A model generated the notes under the pieces. That model was not told the origin of the DNA, did not search any database, and worked only from the letters and a program-made list of their open reading frames with translations. 64,000 nt of DNA from an uncultured bacterium (GTDB lineage: Bacteria; Krumholzibacteriota; Krumholzibacteriia; WVZY01), in contig CAZZKJ010000005.1 of the NCBI GenBank assembly GCA_964654695.1, forward strand, positions 3,404 to 67,403, given 5' to 3'. Both the position numbers and the translations under genes were made by a program. How positions within the stretch are numbered: position 1 is the stretch's first letter; the number at the start of each line of letters is the position of its first letter. Shown here piece by piece: positions 58,481 to 64,000 of this stretch.

Positions 58481-59257
58481 TTGCATAAAATATCAGGAAT
58501 ATCAGTTTTATTATCTGCTTTTCTTTTTTGGGCTTTTTCAATGTCTTGCACTACACACAGACACGCAGCGGGAAACGCATCGCTTCAAAAAGCGCTTGAT
58601 GGCTATATCCATGGTAAAACCTCCACGGCGCTGGAAGAGTTCAAGCGATTGACCGAGATGCTCGAAGGCGAAGAGCTGGCAAGGGTCTATTTATATATGG
58701 GCAGGTGTTACATCAATCTTGGCAGAATGGACGCGGCTGCCGATGCTTTCAGAATGGGCAGGGCAATAAACGGCGCCGAGCCCTTTGATGAATACCTTCA
58801 ATATATTAAAAACTCATTTGAGGCGTCTCCTAAATTCATTGTCAGGGCCGGCAGAGTTACAAGAGCTCAATTGACACATCTTTTTTCCATTTATTTCGCA
58901 GAGTATTTAAGCGGCGGCAAAACCGCCTCTGTGTCTTATGGAGAACCCGGAACACGCCTGGCGGAAAATGAAATAGACATGATCGTCGAAGCGGGTATCA
59001 TGCCTTATCTTCCGGATGAACAATTCCATGGTGAAGCTTTTGTTACCCGAGAAGCTTTTTATTTTTTCTCCGCGCTGGTTGCCCATAAGATTGCTCAGAT
59101 TGGAATCGAGAGAATGAAGACGATATTTCCCGGTTGCTATCCGGCGGACCGTAAATCCGAATACGGAGAGATTTCAGAGATAGACGGTAATTTTATATCA
59201 GGCAGAGAAGTTGTTGAAACCCTGGACAAAATAGCTCTGGAAGCAGGCTCCAGATGA
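58481..59257 (+). CDS. Hypothetical exported protein or lipoprotein with TPR-like helices and possible SLH-like repeats
   Basis: A TTG at 58481 gives an N-terminus (M)HKISGISVLLSAFLFWAFSMSC that looks like a signal peptide. The ORF-track start at 58451 would overlap the tRNA. Two ...VTR(A/E)... segments loosely resemble SLH motifs, but this is weak. Confidence 0.45.
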   Translation: MHKISGISVLLSAFLFWAFSMSCTTHRHAAGNASLQKALDGYIHGKTSTALEEFKRLTEMLEGEELARVYLYMGRCYINLGRMDAAADAFRMGRAINGAEPFDEYLQYIKNSFEASPKFIVRAGRVTRAQLTHLFSIYFAEYLSGGKTASVSYGEPGTRLAENEIDMIVEAGIMPYLPDEQFHGEAFVTREAFYFFSALVAHKIAQIGIERMKTIFPGCYPADRKSEYGEISEIDGNFISGREVVETLDKIALEAGSR

Positions 59258-60582
59258 AAGAACACCTTGAAATTATTTCTCTAAATGATCCTTCCCTGAT
59301 GGGAATAAAGGAAGACCTACTGCGAGCAGGCGACAGGATAATAGGTATTAACGGGCATAATATAGGCGATCAACTGGATTTTTATTATTACTGTGACGGC
59401 TTGGACAGGGCGTCTTTGAAAATCAGAAAACGCAATGGAATGATGCGCGAGATTACTCTGGATTCAGAAACGCTTCGGGCTCTCGATATAAAATTTGCGC
59501 CAATGAAGTTTCAAAGATGCCGCAATAAATGTCCATTTTGCTTCGTCGACCAGATGCCAAAAGGTCTTCGTCCATCTTTATATTTAAAGGATGAGGATTA
59601 CAGGCTGGGATTCCTGTACGGCAATTATACCACAATGAACGATATATCCGATACGGAGATCGATCAGATTGTTGTTCAAAATCGCCAGCCTCAATACGTA
59701 TCGGTTCATGCAATCGATCCCGGGATCAGGGAAAACATTTTTGGGCGCCCCATCAAGCGCAACATTATGGATACATTGAGAAAACTTACGTCCGCAGAAA
59801 TTGGAATTCATGCACAGATAGTCCTTTGCCCCGGATTGAACGACGGCAGGTCGCTGGAAGATACGGTGGAAGCTCTAGAAAGCCTTGGCAGTGGCATTCT
59901 GAGCTTATCCGTCGTTCCCGTCGGGCTTACACGGTACAGGGAAGGACTCCCCGAAATCAGACGTTTTAAGACGGAAGAATATCCCGTTATCATCGATCAG
60001 GTCGAATCTTTTCAGAGCGCTTTTCTGGACTCGCCGAGAAAGAGCCGTTTCGTTTTTCTATCCGATGAATGGTACTTGGGTTCGGACAGCTCTTTGCCGT
60101 CTTCGGTAGCTTACGAAGGATTTCCTCAGATTGACAACGGCGTGGGAATGTCTCGCGATTTCATAGAATCCTCGCTTCTCGATTTGGCTGATTATCCTCC
60201 TCCCATCGACTTGGGCCTTGCGGTAATCGCAACAGGGGAATTAGGAGCGCGTGTTTTCAATAATTATATTTTCCCGGCCTTGGAGAATGATGGAGTTGTC
60301 ACGATGCCGGATCTGCGAGAAGTCGAAAACAAATTTTTCGGTACCGGCGTGACTGTGTCCGGGCTTCTGGTTTTTGAGGATCTTGTCGAAGCTCTTAAGG
60401 ACATCGATGCCGATACGGTAATATTTCTTCCGCCTAATACTTTGAACTACGAAGGAAGATTCATCGACGGTCCTAATATGGAGCACTTTGCCCATGAAAT
60501 CGAAGCTTCGGTTATAATACCGGAATCTTCGCTGGTAAAGAATCTGCATTCGATGACGCAAAATGGAGGGAGAAATGCATGA
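59254..60582 (+). CDS. DUF512-family radical-SAM protein with an N-terminal PDZ-like domain
   Basis: CX3CX2C cluster RCRNKCPFC (nt ~59518-59541). The N-terminal ~70 aa look PDZ-like. It sits directly upstream of der. Confidence 0.7.
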   Translation: MKEHLEIISLNDPSLMGIKEDLLRAGDRIIGINGHNIGDQLDFYYYCDGLDRASLKIRKRNGMMREITLDSETLRALDIKFAPMKFQRCRNKCPFCFVDQMPKGLRPSLYLKDEDYRLGFLYGNYTTMNDISDTEIDQIVVQNRQPQYVSVHAIDPGIRENIFGRPIKRNIMDTLRKLTSAEIGIHAQIVLCPGLNDGRSLEDTVEALESLGSGILSLSVVPVGLTRYREGLPEIRRFKTEEYPVIIDQVESFQSAFLDSPRKSRFVFLSDEWYLGSDSSLPSSVAYEGFPQIDNGVGMSRDFIESSLLDLADYPPPIDLGLAVIATGELGARVFNNYIFPALENDGVVTMPDLREVENKFFGTGVTVSGLLVFEDLVEALKDIDADTVIFLPPNTLNYEGRFIDGPNMEHFAHEIEASVIIPESSLVKNLHSMTQNGGRNA

Positions 60583-61898
60583 AAGCTCTCCCCAAAGTTG
60601 CGATAGTCGGCAGACCCAATGTTGGCAAATCCACATTGTTCAACCGCCTCGCAGGAGGAAGAAGGGCGATTGTGCACGAAACATCCGGCGTTACCCGGGA
60701 TGTTCAACGTGCTGAAACGGATTGGAACGGAGTTCTATTCATAGTGATAGACACCGGCGGTCTGTTTTCTGGAGACAAGGATTCACTGACTATGCAAGTC
60801 GAGGAAAGGGCTTTAAAAGCAGCTTTCGAAGCCGACGCGCTCATCATGGTAGGTGATGCAAAGTCGGGATTGACCGGTGTGGATGAAGCTGTTGCTTCCA
60901 AACTTAGAAGCTCCGGTCTGCCGATTCTGGTTTGCGCAAACAAAGCGGAAAGGGGAGGCGGGGCAGGCAGCGAATTTTTCAAGCTGGGATTGGGAGAAGT
61001 ATACGAGATAAGCGCGCTTCATGGTACGGGAACAGGAGATATGCTTGATGATTTGGTGTCCGTACTTCCAAAACAGGGGCGGTTTTCCGAAAAAAGCGAC
61101 CTTAAAATCGCCCTAATCGGAAAACCAAATGTAGGCAAGTCCAGCGTTACAAACGCTCTTATCGGAACAAACGTAAGCATTGTCCATGAAAGACCGGGAA
61201 CCACACGGGACAGCATCGATCTAAAATTGAAATGGCAGGGGCGCGATCTCACGCTGGTGGACACGGCCGGTGTGAAAAGAAAATCAAAAAACCAGGATCC
61301 GGTAGTCTCTATTACGGCTTTAAAAAGCATTGAGGCAGTTAATAGGGCGGATGTAATCGTTCTCATGCTCGATGCTTCTCAACCGGTATCCAACCAGGAT
61401 TTGAAGGTTGGCGGTTACGCTCATTCCGCCGGCAAAGGAATATTAATCTGCCTCAACAAATGGGACCTGATAGAAAAAAACGACAAGACCAGCAAAATAT
61501 TTGAGGATAATATAAGAGACAAATTTTCTTTTTTGAGCTATGCCCCCATCCTGTTCATATCCGCACTTGCCGGACAGAGGATAGCTAAGATTATGCCATT
61601 GGTGTGGGAAATCAAGGAAGCCCGCGAGAAAAAGATACGAACCAGCGAATTGAACAAGATTCTTGAGCGCGTGATATCTGCGAACCCTCCGTCATATCAT
61701 GCCGGCGGCAACGGGAAAATTTATTATGGTACTCAAACGGACAGTTCACCTCCAAGATTTTCGCTTTTTGTAAACAATGCGGCCTTCTTTGACAGATCGT
61801 ACATAAGATATATTAATAACCGTCTAAGGGATCATTTTCAATTCAAGGGAACAAGAATCAGAATCAATCTCGTCGGCAAGAAAAAAGGTAAATCGTGA
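60579..61898 (+). CDS. der: Ribosome-biogenesis GTPase Der (EngA), tandem GTPase plus KH-like domain
   Basis: Two G-domains with Walker A motifs GRPNVGKSTLFN and GKPNVGKSSVTN. Confidence 0.95.
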   Translation: MKALPKVAIVGRPNVGKSTLFNRLAGGRRAIVHETSGVTRDVQRAETDWNGVLFIVIDTGGLFSGDKDSLTMQVEERALKAAFEADALIMVGDAKSGLTGVDEAVASKLRSSGLPILVCANKAERGGGAGSEFFKLGLGEVYEISALHGTGTGDMLDDLVSVLPKQGRFSEKSDLKIALIGKPNVGKSSVTNALIGTNVSIVHERPGTTRDSIDLKLKWQGRDLTLVDTAGVKRKSKNQDPVVSITALKSIEAVNRADVIVLMLDASQPVSNQDLKVGGYAHSAGKGILICLNKWDLIEKNDKTSKIFEDNIRDKFSFLSYAPILFISALAGQRIAKIMPLVWEIKEAREKKIRTSELNKILERVISANPPSYHAGGNGKIYYGTQTDSSPPRFSLFVNNAAFFDRSYIRYINNRLRDHFQFKGTRIRINLVGKKKGKS

Positions 61899-62542
61899 TA
61901 GCTTTTCTCTTAGCTGCGCTGAGCGGCTATCTTTTAGGCTCGATTCCATTCAGCTTTCTAGCTGGGAAAATATTCCAGGGGATAGATCTTCGCAAGCACG
62001 GAAGCGGCAACCTTGGAGCTTCGAACGCTTTTAGAATTCTCGGACCGAGAATTGCCCTTTTCGTTCTCCTGTTCGACGCTGCCAAGGGATATATGCCCGT
62101 TCATTTTGCTTGCGCGTCTAATCAAGCATCCGCAGCCTGGGGTTTTTCCTCCTGTCCGGTTCATTATCTAATGATCGGCGCGGCACTGTCGGCAGTTTTA
62201 GGGCACATGTTCTCTGTCTTTATAAGGTTTTCCGGCGGTAAGGGAATTGCCACATCCGCGGGGGCTTTTTTGGCGCTTTCACCTTGGGCTTTTCTGGGTG
62301 CTTTCGCCGTTTGGGGTTTCGTGTTCTTTTTTACGCGTATTGTCTCCATCGCCAGCTTGGCGGGCGTGGTATCTTTGCCGTTGTGCGTTTTTCTTGCAGG
62401 ACGTTTCGGGCTTTCAGCGAGCCACTGGTCGTTTCTGGCCCTTTCTTCAATTCTAGCACTCGCTGTCGTTATAAAGCACCGCGGCAACATTCAAAGAATC
62501 GTGGCTGGAACAGAGCCCGCTCTGGCCAGAAAGAAGAAGTAG
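61895..62542 (+). CDS. plsY: Glycerol-3-phosphate acyltransferase PlsY (acyl-phosphate dependent)
   Basis: LGSIPFSFLAGKIFQGIDLRKHGSGNLGASNAFR signature. GTG start overlapping the der stop. Confidence 0.9.
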   Translation: MIAFLLAALSGYLLGSIPFSFLAGKIFQGIDLRKHGSGNLGASNAFRILGPRIALFVLLFDAAKGYMPVHFACASNQASAAWGFSSCPVHYLMIGAALSAVLGHMFSVFIRFSGGKGIATSAGAFLALSPWAFLGAFAVWGFVFFFTRIVSIASLAGVVSLPLCVFLAGRFGLSASHWSFLALSSILALAVVIKHRGNIQRIVAGTEPALARKKK

Positions 62543-62546
62543 CTGC

Positions 62547-63587
62547 ATGAAAAATAAATTACGAATAGCCGTACTCGGCGCCGGAAGCTGGGGAACCACA
62601 ATCGCTGTTCTCTTGAGTGAAAACGGGCATGATGTCGGGCTCTGGGAATTTTTCGACGATCAGGCAGCGGCTCTTAAGAATGACGGTGAAAACAAGAAGT
62701 TTCTGCCGGGAATCACCATTCCCAAAACGATCGATATCACGTCAAACCTTGAACAAGTTCTCAAAGATTCGGATATCACGGTCTTTGTCGTGCCGTCCCA
62801 CGTTACCAGGCAAACTGCGAAATCCTCCGGCGCTTGCGCTTCATTCAACCGCAAAACATTGGTGGTGAACGCGGCAAAAGGCCTTGAGGAAGGAACGCTC
62901 AAGCGTATGAGCGAAGTGCTTATGGACGAACTTCCCATAGAGGATTCCCAACTCTTTTGTTTGATAGGTCCTAGTCACGCTGAGGAAGTTAGCAGGCATA
63001 TGCCCACGTCGGTGGTGGTTGCGGGCGCCAAGAACCCGGCCATGCAAAGGGTTCAGAAGGCTTTTTTTTCTCCCTATTTCCGGGTTTACACGAATGAAGA
63101 TCTCCTGGGTGTCGAAATTGCCGTAGCACTAAAGAATGTTATCGCTATAGCCGCCGGCGTGTGTGATGGGCTTGGATACGGCGATAACACCAAGGCGGCA
63201 CTTCTTACAAGAGGACTCGTGGAAATAGCCCGTCTGGGATGTGCCATGGGTGCAAGGAGGGAGACGTTTTCCGGTCTGGCGGGAATCGGCGATCTCATCG
63301 CCACTTGCTGCAGCAGGCACAGCCGCAACAGGTATGTAGGCGAAAGAATAGGGGCCGGCGAAACCCTCGACCGGATTCTCGGTGAAATGGTTATGGTCGC
63401 AGAGGGTGTGCGCACGGCCGGAGCAGCAATCCAACTAGGAAAAAGACTTGGCGTGGAACTGCCGATAATAGAAAGCACCGCAGGAATTCTTTTCGAGGGC
63501 AAATCGCCCGAAGATGCTTTGAGCGATCTTATGAACAGACCGCTTCAGGATGAAATGAGCTGGATAGTGTCTGAACGCGACAGATAG
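62547..63587 (+). CDS. gpsA: NAD(P)H-dependent glycerol-3-phosphate dehydrogenase
   Basis: IAVLGAGSWGTTIAVLL Rossmann motif and conserved C-terminal domain. Confidence 0.9.
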   Translation: MKNKLRIAVLGAGSWGTTIAVLLSENGHDVGLWEFFDDQAAALKNDGENKKFLPGITIPKTIDITSNLEQVLKDSDITVFVVPSHVTRQTAKSSGACASFNRKTLVVNAAKGLEEGTLKRMSEVLMDELPIEDSQLFCLIGPSHAEEVSRHMPTSVVVAGAKNPAMQRVQKAFFSPYFRVYTNEDLLGVEIAVALKNVIAIAAGVCDGLGYGDNTKAALLTRGLVEIARLGCAMGARRETFSGLAGIGDLIATCCSRHSRNRYVGERIGAGETLDRILGEMVMVAEGVRTAGAAIQLGKRLGVELPIIESTAGILFEGKSPEDALSDLMNRPLQDEMSWIVSERDR

Positions 63588-63607
63588 GCAATCGAAAGGG
63601 GAGTTCA

Positions 63608-63997
63608 ATGAGATACAAGACAACACTGGCCAAAATGTACTATTCAATCAGCGAAGTCAGCTCGATGACAGGTGTAAAACCGCATGTTCTCCGATACTGG
63701 GAAACGGAATTTCCGAGTCTGAAACCCAAGAAAAACCGGGCCGGCAACAGGAATTACAAATCGAAAGACATTAAATCCATTCTTGTTATAAGAGATCTCC
63801 TTTACAAGGAAAAATTCACCATAAGCGGTGCTCGTAAAAAACTTAAAGAAGCCTACGGTAATCCCGACAAGCTTATGAATCAAATGCAGATTCCTTTTTC
63901 CGATCCTCAAGCCCGGCACATGCTTCAAACCATCAGGAACGAATTAGAAGAATTGAAGAACCTGATTGATAATGGCAGCGATGCAGCTGATAGATGA
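63608..63997 (+). CDS. MerR-family HTH transcriptional regulator
   Basis: N-terminal HTH YSISEVSSMTGVKPHVLRYWE followed by a coiled-coil. Stop codon at 63995-63997. Confidence 0.65.
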   Translation: MRYKTTLAKMYYSISEVSSMTGVKPHVLRYWETEFPSLKPKKNRAGNRNYKSKDIKSILVIRDLLYKEKFTISGARKKLKEAYGNPDKLMNQMQIPFSDPQARHMLQTIRNELEELKNLIDNGSDAADR

Positions 63998-64000
63998 TGC

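Noticed and set aside
1-64000. CRISPR arrays, IS elements, prophage or defence islands
   Set aside because: No short regularly spaced direct repeats were seen, and no transposase, integrase (other than the housekeeping Xer genes), Cas or restriction-modification signatures appear in any of the six frames. The window reads as core genome.

Overview
The window is a gene-dense, almost entirely co-directional stretch of chromosome from a diderm bacterium. About 52 CDS are called, 50 of them on the + strand, along with one tRNA-Gly(CCC). There is no rRNA, no CRISPR array, and no transposase or phage genes. The content is mostly housekeeping: purine synthesis (purN-purC-purH-guaA), secA, smg-topA-trmFO-xerC-hslV-hslU (the same order as Bacillus topA-gid-codV-clpQ-clpY), argF-dapF-dapA-dapB, proS, rpsT, xerD, trpS, scpAB, rluB, hisC, a cmk-plsC fusion, rpsA, lapA-lapB, mutS, mutL-miaA, and DUF512-der-plsY-gpsA. 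Envelope genes are mltD, slt, lapAB, an Omp85 barrel and a SPOR protein. Together with the Firmicute-like gene order, these point to an uncultivated diderm lineage, perhaps FCB-group or a diderm-Firmicute-like one, but phylum cannot be decided from sequence alone. The most unusual feature is a 932-aa protein (33517..36315) that joins a signal peptide, an HExxH zincin-like peptidase, a PD40/TolB-like beta-propeller and a C-terminal Omp85-family barrel carrying an (V/I)RG(F/Y)-like motif. It is translationally coupled to dapB. Other items worth follow-up are a tightly packed slt-NHL-CTP-transferase-like-TPR-DnaJ/TPR gene set; a PQQ-propeller membrane protein with an unknown cytoplasmic domain; a multi-GAF protein with a degenerate GGDEF domain inserted between mutS and mutL; and MiaA with a degenerate P-loop. 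All calls rest on reading the supplied translations and the DNA. No database searches were run.
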